64,000 nt of DNA, from NCBI GenBank assembly GCA_963662465.1, contig OY759599.1:640001-704000 (forward strand), written 5' to 3'. The notes below the pieces were generated by a model. The model was not told where the DNA came from and made no database searches. It saw nothing but the letters and a program-made list of their open reading frames with translations. Shown piece after piece: positions 9,177 through 18,295 of the stretch. Within the stretch, counting starts at the first letter, position 1. Each line of letters starts with the position of its first letter. Position numbers and translations under genes: made by a program. Source of the DNA: Desulfatiglandales bacterium (GTDB lineage: Bacteria; Desulfobacterota; DSM-4660; Desulfatiglandales; Desulfatiglandaceae).

Positions 9177-9392
9177 CTATGCAAACGCCAGCCTACGACC
9201 TTTGGGTTCAGGGATTTGGTCACCACACTCTTCGACTGTTGTGATCCAAAGTTCCATTGCTTCTTTTATGTTCGCTAATGCAGATTCATAGGTGTTACCA
9301 TGACCCATGCAACCTGGAAGCTCAGGAACATCAGCGATGAAAGCCTGATCTTCATCGCTCCAAAATATTGTAATTTGATATTTACTCATCAT
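9177..9392 (-). CDS. hicB: HicB-family antitoxin
   Basis: FWSDEDQAFIADVPELPGCMGHG...IPEPKGR. Confidence 0.9.
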   Translation of the reverse strand: MMSKYQITIFWSDEDQAFIADVPELPGCMGHGNTYESALANIKEAMELWITTVEECGDQIPEPKGRRLAFA

Positions 9393-9642
9393 CTTTTAGC
9401 CCCAATTGGTATTTCAAGATTAAACTCCGCACCTGTTTAACCTGATATGGTTTTGCCTTATTTCCTTCCTTTTGAAGATTCGGTCTTTCTTCAATTCCTT
9501 TTTTCCAAAAAATATGATGACTCCGTTTGATACGCATTTCAAATTCAAATTCTTGTAGAAGGTGAACTAAATCCGAAAAAGCTATATTGGCATCACTCAT
9601 ACCTCTTAAAATTTGGAAAATCAGTTTATCATACTTGCCCAT
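9382..9642 (-). CDS. hicA: HicA-family toxin (usual GSH motif reads RSH)
   Basis: RIKRSHHIF...KAKPYQVKQVR; core GTTAGGA at 9651-9657 just upstream of ATG. Confidence 0.85.
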   Translation of the reverse strand: MGKYDKLIFQILRGMSDANIAFSDLVHLLQEFEFEMRIKRSHHIFWKKGIEERPNLQKEGNKAKPYQVKQVRSLILKYQLGLKDDE

Positions 9643-9815
9643 TTTAAAATTCCTAACTCAAAATGATGTACGTGTATGGAAACCAGCCACGGGCTTCAGG
9701 AAATCGCCTATTCAAGTGAACCAGTGTCCTATTCTTTTTGCTGCACGAAAATAATGCTTTTTCGTGGGACCTTCTCATACTCATAAATAGGGGGAAAGGT
9801 CGACCATGGCAATTC

Positions 9816-9981
9816 CTAATGCAGCAGTAGCTGAAAGGTCGATAACGTCGCATTCTGGGAAACCCGGTAGGGCGGAACCTGTTTTATCCGTGCCTGCTCT
9901 GACTAGCCGAATCGCCGTATACGGACCCGTATGTACGGTGGTGTGGGAGGGGGGAGCTGTGAGGCTCCTCCCTATCCCTAT
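9816..9981 (+). ncRNA. 5'-truncated copy (domains IV-VI) of the same ORF-less group II intron
   Basis: 166 nt colinear with 4224-4389 with a few substitutions; 3' junction CCCTAT|ATGT again at an inverse-core-like position. Confidence 0.9.
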
Positions 9982-10211
9982 ATGTAAGTATTCTCTAAAA
10001 TAGGTTTAATGTTTTTAGCCTTCTTGTTGTCTTTCGGACACACCGGGAAGCAGTTGCCGATGCTACCCGCTCATGTGAAATTAAACAAATAGAACCAAAG
10101 AAGAAAAATGGAGCGGTTGCCTAAAATTATAAGGTGGATGTGGTGATTACCATAAAATCTCTGTGCCCGATCCAGAATACCGGCCAGATTTTTCCAAATA
10201 TATTTGGGCGA

Positions 10212-10841
10212 TCAGGCTAAATATGATTTCATTTCAACCATTTGGGTGTCTCCGTTCAGATATTCCATTATAAAATCAGGTGGCGGGGATCCCACGCCGA
10301 AAAGAGCCACCGCAGCCTTGGGATTATTTTCATACAATTTTGTAAATTCCATATGCTTCTCAGCCGCTTTGTAAAGTGAATAGGAAGAAGATGACTTGGT
10401 ATAGTGCTGTTGGAAATCCGGACGATCGTTCAATGCTTGTTCAAGCTCATTTCGATTGCTTTCCGGGAGGTCTGCGCTGACCCTGACTTTACCTTCGGCA
10501 TCCGTACTGATACTTATTTTTGTATTGGACGGGATTCCCAGCTCTTTAAGTGTTTCATCTAAGACCTGATCCGCCTTTTCCCGGTATTTTTCTCCGAAGG
10601 CAAGAATTTCCTCCACTGTAATCACCCCGTCTTTACCGGCACCATCCATGAACCCGTCAGTTATCTGGGAAAGGCTCAGGTTCCCGGTTGTTACATTGTT
10701 CAGTTTATCTTCAGGAGAAATTGTTATCTTGTCAGATCCCGGACGGGGAAGAGAAAATTTTGCCGGAGAAAGAGAACTTTTTGCCTGAGTGGCCTGACGA
10801 GAATAAATCGGTGAGTTTGATCCGAATGGATTGATATTCAT
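10212..10841 (-). CDS. Hypothetical protein
   Basis: 209-aa ORF with AAAGGA RBS; DKITIS N-terminal motif; no family recognised. Confidence 0.65.
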   Translation of the reverse strand: MNINPFGSNSPIYSRQATQAKSSLSPAKFSLPRPGSDKITISPEDKLNNVTTGNLSLSQITDGFMDGAGKDGVITVEEILAFGEKYREKADQVLDETLKELGIPSNTKISISTDAEGKVRVSADLPESNRNELEQALNDRPDFQQHYTKSSSSYSLYKAAEKHMEFTKLYENNPKAAVALFGVGSPPPDFIMEYLNGDTQMVEMKSYLA

Positions 10842-11110
10842 GACATTTCCTTTTGTTTGATGTTAGAGAGTTGGCATTCCTGTCAATATGGTAAAGCAAA
10901 ATATATGCCTAATTTTGATATTAGCCATCGCGAAGGCTTCTCCGCATATTATAACGATTTCAGAAAGATCGAAAAAAGTAGGCAGGAAATCCAAATGATT
11001 AAAGCCATCGAAAAAGCTATTGCTGACTCAAAATTCATGTGACGATCCTTTAAGCTTTTTGATCAGGACCGGCATCGGCGCGGTTTCGTTTTTCTCTATG
11101 ATTATGGGTG

Positions 11111-11386
11111 CTACGCAACTTCTATGCGCAGGCTTTTACCAAGGGCTTGAGCAAATTTTTCCAATGTTGAAAGCTTGATATCTTCAGCATGATTTTCAAT
11201 ACGTGAGATGGCAGTTTTTTTCGTATTGAGTTTTTTTGCAAGTTGTTCTTGCGTCAAACCGGCGTCTTCCCTCGCAATTTTGAGCATTACACCAATTTTA
11301 AATTCTCCATAACCGGATTCGTAATCTTTGGCGAATGCTGGATCACTGGATTTGCGTTTGGCAACATATGATTTTAGTGTTTTCAT
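11111..11386 (-). CDS. higA: HigA-like XRE HTH antitoxin
   Basis: AREDAGLTQEQLAKKLNTKKTAISRIEN. Confidence 0.85.
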   Translation of the reverse strand: MKTLKSYVAKRKSSDPAFAKDYESGYGEFKIGVMLKIAREDAGLTQEQLAKKLNTKKTAISRIENHAEDIKLSTLEKFAQALGKSLRIEVA

Positions 11387-11387
11387 G

Positions 11388-11738
11388 CTATTTCCTCCTC
11401 TCAAAATAATCCTTCTTTCTGGCTTCTGCGATCTTGATAGCTTGTGGAGGAGTTTTCTGAGTTTTCTTTTGGAATGCGTGATTGAGGACTATGAGATTGG
11501 GGCCGTCGAAGAAGCCGAGTAAGCGGAATGTGTTGTTTCCCACAACTACTCTTACCTCCCAAATGCCATCGGTATTGACAAGCTTTTTCAAATAGCTCGA
11601 TGGTATGGTCGGCAATTCTTCTATTAACCGCAAGACCCATGTCGTTTTCTGTGCTTGCTTCGGAGACAGCGATTCTAAAAACTCCTCGACAGGACAATTG
11701 CCTGATGCCGTTTCATAAAATATTATCTCTCGTGTCAT
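11388..11738 (-). CDS. higB: HigB/RelE-family (Gp49-like) toxin
   Basis: FYETASGNCPVEEFL...GIWEVRV...HAFQKKTQKTP; toxin-first order; GTTAAC palindromes upstream. Confidence 0.85.
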   Translation of the reverse strand: MTREIIFYETASGNCPVEEFLESLSPKQAQKTTWVLRLIEELPTIPSSYLKKLVNTDGIWEVRVVVGNNTFRLLGFFDGPNLIVLNHAFQKKTQKTPPQAIKIAEARKKDYFERRK

Positions 11739-11806
11739 ATGTGGATACATGTTAACGTGTGCGTTAACTTTGTCAAGGAGAATTGCATGTCGGGTTTTTT
11801 GAAGTG

Positions 11807-11860
11807 AATCGCGGTGTCCGGTCAAGCTCCGCGATTTCCGGCGGCGAAGCCGCCGGGAAC
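11807..11860. repeat. 54-bp double-hairpin element, copy 2
   Basis: 52/54 identical to 6331-6384; followed by an attC-like half arm AAC-GGCTG-GGGTAACCAG. Confidence 0.9.
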
Positions 11861-11898
11861 GGCTGGGGTAACCAGCCAGTCCCGTGCTAATCTGCGCA

Positions 11899-12027
11899 AC
11901 ATAACGTTCGTCAGATTATAAGTTACTCAAAGGCTTTCGGTTCTTTCCCTTCAATTGAGCACTCTTCTATACTTCTCTTTACGAGTTTCGAGTGACATAT
12001 AAACTTATAATCTGAAGTACGTCCCCC
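11899..12027 (-). repeat. Long attC-like site (degenerate)
   Basis: ACATAAC-5 nt-TCAGATTATAAGTT ... AACTTATAATCTGA-5 nt-GTC (GTT mutated). Confidence 0.55.
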
Positions 12028-12033
12028 AACTCA

Positions 12034-12161
12034 CGAAGGCAAGAATTTCCTCCACTGTAATCACCCCGTCTTTAGCGGCACCATCCATGAACCCGTCAGT
12101 TATCTGGGAAAGGCTCAGGTTCCCGGTTGTTACATTGTTCAGTTTATCTTTAGGAGAAATT
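12034..12161. repeat. 128-bp duplicate of 10595-10722 (interior of 10212..10841)
   Basis: Direct comparison: 2 mismatches in 128 nt. Confidence 0.92.
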
Positions 12162-12239
12162 TAGTATTGTCTCCGGAATTCCCCCAGCCGGCGGCTTGCA
12201 AGGCAGGATCGATATGTTCAGCGCGGGTTTCGGCTTCGT

Positions 12240-12683
12240 TCATGTGTCTGTTCCGGCAATTGCGGTATAAATTTTCAGCAACAACGATTCATCGTCTTCT
12301 GTGCCACAAAGAACGGCCTTTATCCATTCACCGAGTAATTCTTTTGATATATTTCCAGCGGCAACGTGGTAGCTGATGTTTTCCGATTTGTGGATAAATG
12401 ATTGGACGCTTCGCAAATAACCGTTTAGCAAGAGCATCTGGGCGCAAAGGGTGATGGCGATGCGCTTATTGCCGTCCTCAAAGCAGTGGAACTTGCAGGC
12501 ACAGAAAAACAAATGGGTGAGTTTGGTATCAAATGTTGGATAATAGTCGTCATTTTGGATATTCTGGAGCACGGAATCTAGTTTGCCGAGTTCAAGATGG
12601 CCGAATGCACCGCCGCCACTGATATCTACGGTCTTTCGATGGATCTCTATCGCCTGCTCCAAGGTTAGATACGCCCAGGCCAT
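12240..12683 (-). CDS. Fic/Doc-family (death-on-curing-type) toxin
   Basis: HCFEDGNKR motif (Doc-type NKR). Confidence 0.88.
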   Translation of the reverse strand: MAWAYLTLEQAIEIHRKTVDISGGGAFGHLELGKLDSVLQNIQNDDYYPTFDTKLTHLFFCACKFHCFEDGNKRIAITLCAQMLLLNGYLRSVQSFIHKSENISYHVAAGNISKELLGEWIKAVLCGTEDDESLLLKIYTAIAGTDT

Positions 12684-12685
12684 TA

Positions 12686-13708
12686 TTAACGTTCCTTCAG
12701 ACGTTTCATCACATCCTTGGCTTCCTCCAGACGATCAGCCAATTCCTTGCTCTTTTCTCCGAGGAAGCGCTCAAATTCATCCCGCTGCAAAGGGGTGACA
12801 TATTCCTGCAGCTGGAGGTGCAAGGCATCCCGGAAAGCCAGATCACGGCTGGCCATTTTGTTGCGGGCCTTTTCTACCAGCGGTTTCCAGTGCGCCTGCT
12901 TTTCAAAGTTTGAAAACAACGCGTCCACCTCCCAGGACGTCAGTTTGCGTCCCTTTTCCATGCAAACGCTTGACAGTACATCGGCAAAGCCACACTCATA
13001 GGCTGCAATCAGGTCGAGCACTTCCGAATAAAAGGTGTTGCGGATATTAGCGCGGTTTTCCAAACGCAGCACCCGCCGATATTCCTTCGCTTTCTCGCGG
13101 AAAATGCTGACATAGATTTTATCCGTGTAGATTGCGTATTTGAAATTGCCCATGTCCACGCAATTTTTCATCGCATCGGTGAACTGTTTACGGAAATTTT
13201 CCTCGATAAAGGCCGACTGGATGAAATCTTCGTCGCGCTGGTTGATGTATTTGGTGCCGCCGCCTGTACGCTGGTTGATAGTGTCGATAACGATGTCTAA
13301 AATTGCCTTGCGCAACAAGGCGGCCCGCTCGGATTCTCGCATTAGCATCGCGAGGTTTAGAAACGCTCGGAAGTCAAATACCCCCAATTGAGGAGCTTTC
13401 GAGATGTTCCCGAAATCTGTTTCGGGAACATCCAATCCCTGAATCGCTAATTTCAAAGCTTTCAATCGTTTACCTTTCAACACCTCATACCCGTTCCGGA
13501 CCAATTCATCTGCGTTTTGTTCCAGATAGTTTTCCACAGTGCGCAGCGTTACCTCGAAAAACGACGCCACCTGTTCCTTGAGCACCACCGTCTTGCTCTC
13601 GAACGGAATGCCTTGGATGCCTGCCGCCTTCTCAATTTCTGCAAGAGCATATGGGTTATTGAGAATGTTTTGGCGATCCACCTCCGAATTTGTAAGGTCT
13701 TTGCTCAT
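12686..13708 (-). CDS. Putative DNA-binding protein coupled to the Doc gene
   Basis: 340 aa; HTH-like QVASFFEVTLRTVENYL; 2 bp from the doc start. Confidence 0.65.
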   Translation of the reverse strand: MSKDLTNSEVDRQNILNNPYALAEIEKAAGIQGIPFESKTVVLKEQVASFFEVTLRTVENYLEQNADELVRNGYEVLKGKRLKALKLAIQGLDVPETDFGNISKAPQLGVFDFRAFLNLAMLMRESERAALLRKAILDIVIDTINQRTGGGTKYINQRDEDFIQSAFIEENFRKQFTDAMKNCVDMGNFKYAIYTDKIYVSIFREKAKEYRRVLRLENRANIRNTFYSEVLDLIAAYECGFADVLSSVCMEKGRKLTSWEVDALFSNFEKQAHWKPLVEKARNKMASRDLAFRDALHLQLQEYVTPLQRDEFERFLGEKSKELADRLEEAKDVMKRLKER

Positions 13709-13887
13709 GAGTGTGTTCCCATCTATAGTTGTCCGCTGGGGGAATTCCGTGAAATGGAGGGGGCTTTTCTACTTTTTTCTTCCCCTGCCGTTTCTTCTCG
13801 TGTTGTTCGATTTCCATGAACCTGATGAAAAAGAAACTTTTCCCGCATCCCACGTTATCTGTCTTTGTCCACGATATCCGAAGTGCG

Positions 13888-13949
13888 TGCCAACGTTGCT
13901 TTTCAGCGGGCGCGGCCTTTTGCGCTCCGCTGCAAAAGCCTTGTTGGGC
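13888..13949 (-). repeat. attC site (62 bp)
   Basis: TGCCAAC-GTTGCTTTTCAGCGGGCGC...GCGCTCCGCTGCAAAAGCCTT-GTTGGGC. Confidence 0.92.
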
Positions 13950-13970
13950 GCTGATTCATGAAGCATCAGT

Positions 13971-14819
13971 TCATTTCTTTGTTCTCGTAAAGTATGAGCC
14001 ATCTGCCCAGTCTTTCCATTTATCGACTATTGGACCAAAGATTACGAGGTTATGATAGTGACGTCCAGCATTACCGTGAACCCCAGGGATGTATAAACCG
14101 TCCCATCCATTCTTTCTGAAATAGGAGGATAGTATTTGGCTTACGTGATACCTGGATCTACTACGAGCTTGCAACTCTTCCTCGAAGCGATAACCTGAAG
14201 AGGTCCTTCCAGATTCTGCCATGTCAAAAGCCAATGCGAGGCTATTATGGATGTTCTTATTGGAAGGAGACAAATCAGCTATTTTCAGAGTATCTATTGG
14301 CATATTGAATTTCTGGACCAGGATCGATGAAGAATTTAGTTCGTTATATAGGAAATCTATTGTGTCGATTAAGTAGATGCACTTTTCCCCGACGGTGTTA
14401 TATCGTCCATCGCTCGGCTTGGGAGAGGGGCCAATTTGATTAGACCATAAATGCTTTAGTACTGAAATATCTACAGTCCTGTAGAATGCCGTGGTTGTTA
14501 AATATAAGCGGTTATTAAAATTATTTACCAAAGCCTCAATATAGAGTCCAAAATCTTTTCCGTCATGCTCAACATAGTCGACAATCAGCTTTTGGATCTT
14601 GACGGTATCTGTCTCATTTCGGCTATCAGCGTGAATGGTAGATCTGTTAGTCTTTCCGCTTGTAGATTGAATAACAAAGTCATCTCTCATTTCCAGTGTG
14701 TCCTTTACGACTACATGGATTGATCTTCCCGTCCTTCCACAGTTTGGACAAGGTTGATTATCTTCTGGGTCAAGAAGGGTGTCGCAATGACGACATTTTG
14801 TATAATCATCAGAACTCAT
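13971..14819 (-). CDS. RES-domain protein with N-terminal zinc ribbon (gene cassette)
   Basis: CxxC...CPxC N-terminus; FYR, GRYN...IYL...E, DGLYIP, NLVIF RES-like motifs. Confidence 0.75.
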   Translation of the reverse strand: MSSDDYTKCRHCDTLLDPEDNQPCPNCGRTGRSIHVVVKDTLEMRDDFVIQSTSGKTNRSTIHADSRNETDTVKIQKLIVDYVEHDGKDFGLYIEALVNNFNNRLYLTTTAFYRTVDISVLKHLWSNQIGPSPKPSDGRYNTVGEKCIYLIDTIDFLYNELNSSSILVQKFNMPIDTLKIADLSPSNKNIHNSLALAFDMAESGRTSSGYRFEEELQARSRSRYHVSQILSSYFRKNGWDGLYIPGVHGNAGRHYHNLVIFGPIVDKWKDWADGSYFTRTKK

Positions 14820-14846
14820 GTTCACTGGCCTTTCAATACTGCTTCT

Positions 14847-14908
14847 GCCCAACGCCGCTTTTCAGCGGGCGCGGCTTTTTGCGATCCGCTGCAAAAGCAT
14901 GGTTAGGT
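14847..14908 (-). repeat. attC site (62 bp)
   Basis: GCCCAAC-GCCGCTTTTCAGCGGGCGC...GCGATCCGCTGCAAAAGCATG-GTTAGGT; close relative of 13888-13949. Confidence 0.92.
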
Positions 14909-14924
14909 CTTCGGCACAACATGA

Positions 14925-15602
14925 TCAGTCACCCCGTAGGCGAAGGAACCTGCTCAACTTGCTTGGCTCGATATCTGTCCTGCACTCCAACTCACGTATT
15001 ATCGCAAGCACAGAATTGACGGCCCAGGTTGCGCAGTCTGCGCTCATACACTTCATGCTCACGAAGTCTGCACCGTCATCTACAAAGCGGCTCGTAGTAA
15101 AACGGCCGTCTAAAATATCCACTAAGGCGACAGTCCTTTCGCGCTGTGGATCCCACGTGGGCTTGTAATGAACTAATGCGTTTCTCAGCTCTATCAGCGC
15201 CCATGCATCTCGGTAAGGTGCATTATCCTTATCCAGAGGCTCTGCGCCCAACATTTCCAACGCTATTTGATACTTTTTAAGGATCGGCTTCCACTCGATG
15301 CCTCCTTTACCCCAGAACTCTTTGTCGAAGTCCTTCAGCTGAGCCCGTAGCGGGCTATGATGCGCTATGAATAACTCGTTTATCAAAGCCTCTAATGATG
15401 CAGCGGAAGACATAAGACAGGCACTAGCATATGATCTGATATCCTCGAAAAATGGCCCGAACTCTGCACAATCGTGCTTAGCTTCCAGCCGCGCCACTTC
15501 GCTCTCGAAGGTTGTTGCCGCTTTCAGGTGCTGCAACGCGAAATTTGCTATGACCTGCTCTGTTGCTTCTACTTTCAAGAAGACACCCTCTTCCACATCC
15601 AT
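14925..15602 (-). CDS. Hypothetical cassette protein with HEPN-like Rx4H motif
   Basis: LEALINE helix and LIELRNALVH motif; all-helical appearance. Confidence 0.6.
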   Translation of the reverse strand: MDVEEGVFLKVEATEQVIANFALQHLKAATTFESEVARLEAKHDCAEFGPFFEDIRSYASACLMSSAASLEALINELFIAHHSPLRAQLKDFDKEFWGKGGIEWKPILKKYQIALEMLGAEPLDKDNAPYRDAWALIELRNALVHYKPTWDPQRERTVALVDILDGRFTTSRFVDDGADFVSMKCMSADCATWAVNSVLAIIRELECRTDIEPSKLSRFLRLRGD

Positions 15603-15621
15603 TACCCGCTTCCCTCCTCAG

Positions 15622-15715
15622 ACCTAACGCTGCAAATCACCGGCAGCCAAAAGCTGCAGAGCGAGGTACGAGCGGCGCAGCTTTTGGCTGTCCGAGTGCA
15701 TTTGCCTTGTCATGT
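15622..15715 (-). repeat. attC site (94 bp), inverse core mutated
   Basis: ACCTAAC-GCTGCAAATCACCGGCAGCCAAAAGCTGC...GCAGCTTTTGGCTGTCCGAGTGCATTTGCCTT-GTCATGT. Confidence 0.88.
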
Positions 15716-15718
15716 GCT

Positions 15719-16273
15719 TTATTCAACTACCAGCACCAGCTCATTTGGTTTTGGATAACTCACTGGAATATGCTCAATATTGAACGGGTAGTTTTTGTTC
15801 TTTACGTCACTTACCAAGCATTCCATCAAATCATTTTCAATGCAATAAACAATAACCAATTTCAAGTAACGCCTTAGAATCATCAGTGGTGGGAATGTAT
15901 TTTTGTAATCCATCCATTCCATCATATCTTTCTTCCCTTTGGAACTATTGCAAGACCGACACGCATAAATCAAATTGTCCCCTGCATCCTTACCACCCAA
16001 TTTTTTAGCAAAAATATGGTCAAGTGCTAAATTCTCAATTGAGCCACAATAACTACATTTGCTGCCTGACAATAATTTTATCTTTTCATCATCGAATAGT
16101 GTTCGGATGTTCATTGTCCCTTCGATGAGACCTTTGAATAATTTTGCCCGAATCATGTAATTAAAAGGAGCATACTTCTCTTGTTTTCTATCTACTGCCG
16201 TATGAGCCATGGCAAGATTAGCATACGACCAAAACAAGGTTTCTTTCACGGTGTTTAGTTCTTTCTTTGCCAC
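15719..16273 (-). CDS. HNH endonuclease (gene cassette)
   Basis: CSYC...DHIF...NLIYACRSCNSSK; core GTTATGT at 16289-16295 upstream. Confidence 0.88.
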   Translation of the reverse strand: MAKKELNTVKETLFWSYANLAMAHTAVDRKQEKYAPFNYMIRAKLFKGLIEGTMNIRTLFDDEKIKLLSGSKCSYCGSIENLALDHIFAKKLGGKDAGDNLIYACRSCNSSKGKKDMMEWMDYKNTFPPLMILRRYLKLVIVYCIENDLMECLVSDVKNKNYPFNIEHIPVSYPKPNELVLVVE

Positions 16274-16844
16274 TACGCTTCCTTTTGTACATAACCAGTG
16301 ATTGTGCGGTTTTTTTTATCATCAAGCATCCAAATTTACATGTTGTCCGACAAAACTATATTGATTTCCAATTAACCTTGGTCCCTAAACTATTCACGAA
16401 AAACATGCAAGGATTTTGTTCTTAGTTTTATATTCTTTTGGGGGAAATGTGGAGCTGGGGTTGGGCCACGATAACTGTTTGGAACCATTGTATAACGGAA
16501 GTAAAAACACCCATGTTTGATTAGCCCTATATCGAACTTTTCAGGGGAAGAAAGGGTTTTATTCCAATTTTGTAAAGGAAACAGATTTTCGTGTGATTGT
16601 TTGTGAATATCAGGTGGTATCCACGGGAAGGGTTTCATCGGATGATGAGGCGTGTTCTGCGCTAAGCTTATGCCGGTTTATCCCGGTACTTTCTGCTTGT
16701 CCCATGGGTAAAAGAGAATATTGGGTACAGTCTTGAGATAGCAAAACGCTCCGATGACGTGAGGGATTCAAGAATCCAAACCCGAACTTCCTACAAGATC
16801 ATCGACACCGATGGCGGCAGTTTCAGCTTTACTCTCATGCGCTG

Positions 16845-18295
16845 GGGTGTAAATCACGGCTGTTGGAGAGTTAGGCTGCCAACAACTTCTGATTCCTTTG
16901 AGTCCAGAAGTCATCCCACCAATCATCTGCTCTCAACACTCGCAATGCAAGCATAGGATCAATTGAAGAAGGGTGCCAAGTCGCACCGGGGATTTTCAAT
17001 CGTTTTTGCGGTATTGATTTATGAGCGCTTTCTATTTCCCCAGAGCCAATTGGATAGCCCTTCTCTCTATACTCATTGTAATTTACTGAGTCGCAAAATC
17101 TCTTTACATAGCCGATTAGCCTCTTCAATCTATCGTTCGGATTTTTATCATATCTTTGTTTAAGTTCTTCCAGGATTTCCATAACTTTTCCATCTGAAAT
17201 GCTTGCAATCTGACTTTTTACCCATCTTGGCCGTTCTTTCACAGGTATTCCCATTTTTTCTGCTGTCTCATAGACGTGGTCTTTCAAATGCGATTTGTCT
17301 AAAACAAATTGCATTTCTGGAAATTGCCTTTTCATTTCTTCGCTCAGGCCGATACCCCCATCGGCAACCCCTACCGTCTCTGTTTTTGGCGTCATGCCTA
17401 TCCATTCCGCGGCATTATGGAGGTCTCCTACGATTTCCTCGTATGAATCCATTTTACCAACAAAAATTTTTAAATCTGAATCAAGCGGCCTTACAAAACC
17501 CAAACGAACATCACGCCAATTGATAACTTTTTCTTTTTTTGGGTTATTGTAAACAGGGGTTGTTTCCTTAGTGTTTTCTTTTAGTTGGAGTTGTGCAGTT
17601 CGAATTTCGCATCCATCCAACTCAACCAACATTTTATCTATGGGTTTTCCGTCCTTAGGATGAGGGTTGGCAATTTTTTCCTCAATATAATCAATTGCTT
17701 CATGGGCAATTGCCTTTGTTGAGCGTAATACGGCACTTGGAGCGATATTGAAATGGTAGTGTTCATTGAATCGTTTCGCAGCAGCTGCAAAGGAAAACTC
17801 AATACCAAAATCACTTAAAGCACGTTTCACGGTTTCACTACGTCCTTGGTGAGTGATGTTCATTTCATCAACCAAAGGCTTGAAACCGCTACCACCCACC
17901 CATAAATAAGGGGACCTTATTTCTATTTTTCCAAAAATGGTGTTGAATTCTATGGTAGGATTTCTGTGAATTGTCAAATTTTCGGGTTTTTTTTAGCGAC
18001 TATTTCATCGCGAGTAACCTCCAAAATATTTTTGGTCGCTTTAAGACCGATGTTCTGGACCAAGTCTTGAACGTCCTGATCTATCATCGTTGCCCTTGCG
18101 GCTAATCCTTTTTCTTCGGAGCAAAATTTATCAGCCAATTTCTTGCTGACTTCTTCGATGATCTCCTTATAGCAGTCTTTTTCCATCGTAATCTCCTTAA
18201 GTTAGAGTTGTATATTTTGCTCTAACATAAAGAGAAAAAAATGTCCCCTACTTTCTCAAAATGCCTATTCTTTCCAACAGCCGTGATTTACACCC
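16845..18295 (-). mobile_element. ISKra4-like insertion sequence (1451 bp)
   Basis: Terminal IRs GGGTGTAAATCACGGCTGTTGGA / TCCAACAGCCGTGATTTACACCC; 9-bp target duplication CATGCGCTG at 16836-16844 and 18296-18304. Confidence 0.9.
16871..18186 (-). CDS. ISKra4-family DDE transposase in two ORFs (17974..18186, 16871..17977), likely programmed frameshift
   Basis: ELDG, VADGG, LDKSH, PIGSGEIESAHK...RLK..GA.W motifs; A8 run near 17987-17994 (minus). Confidence 0.82.

Noticed and set aside
10857..11042. 61-aa plus-strand ORF
   Set aside because: No RBS or family motif; opposite to array orientation; probably spurious or a fragment
13888..14908. Near-identical 62-bp repeats as a CRISPR array
   Set aside because: Spacing is gene-sized, the structure is attC-like, and no cas genes are present
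16296..16760. Possible attI/Pc or integrase remnant; ORF 16390..16638
   Set aside because: No tyrosine-recombinase motifs and no recognisable attI repeats; the ORF has no recognisable family
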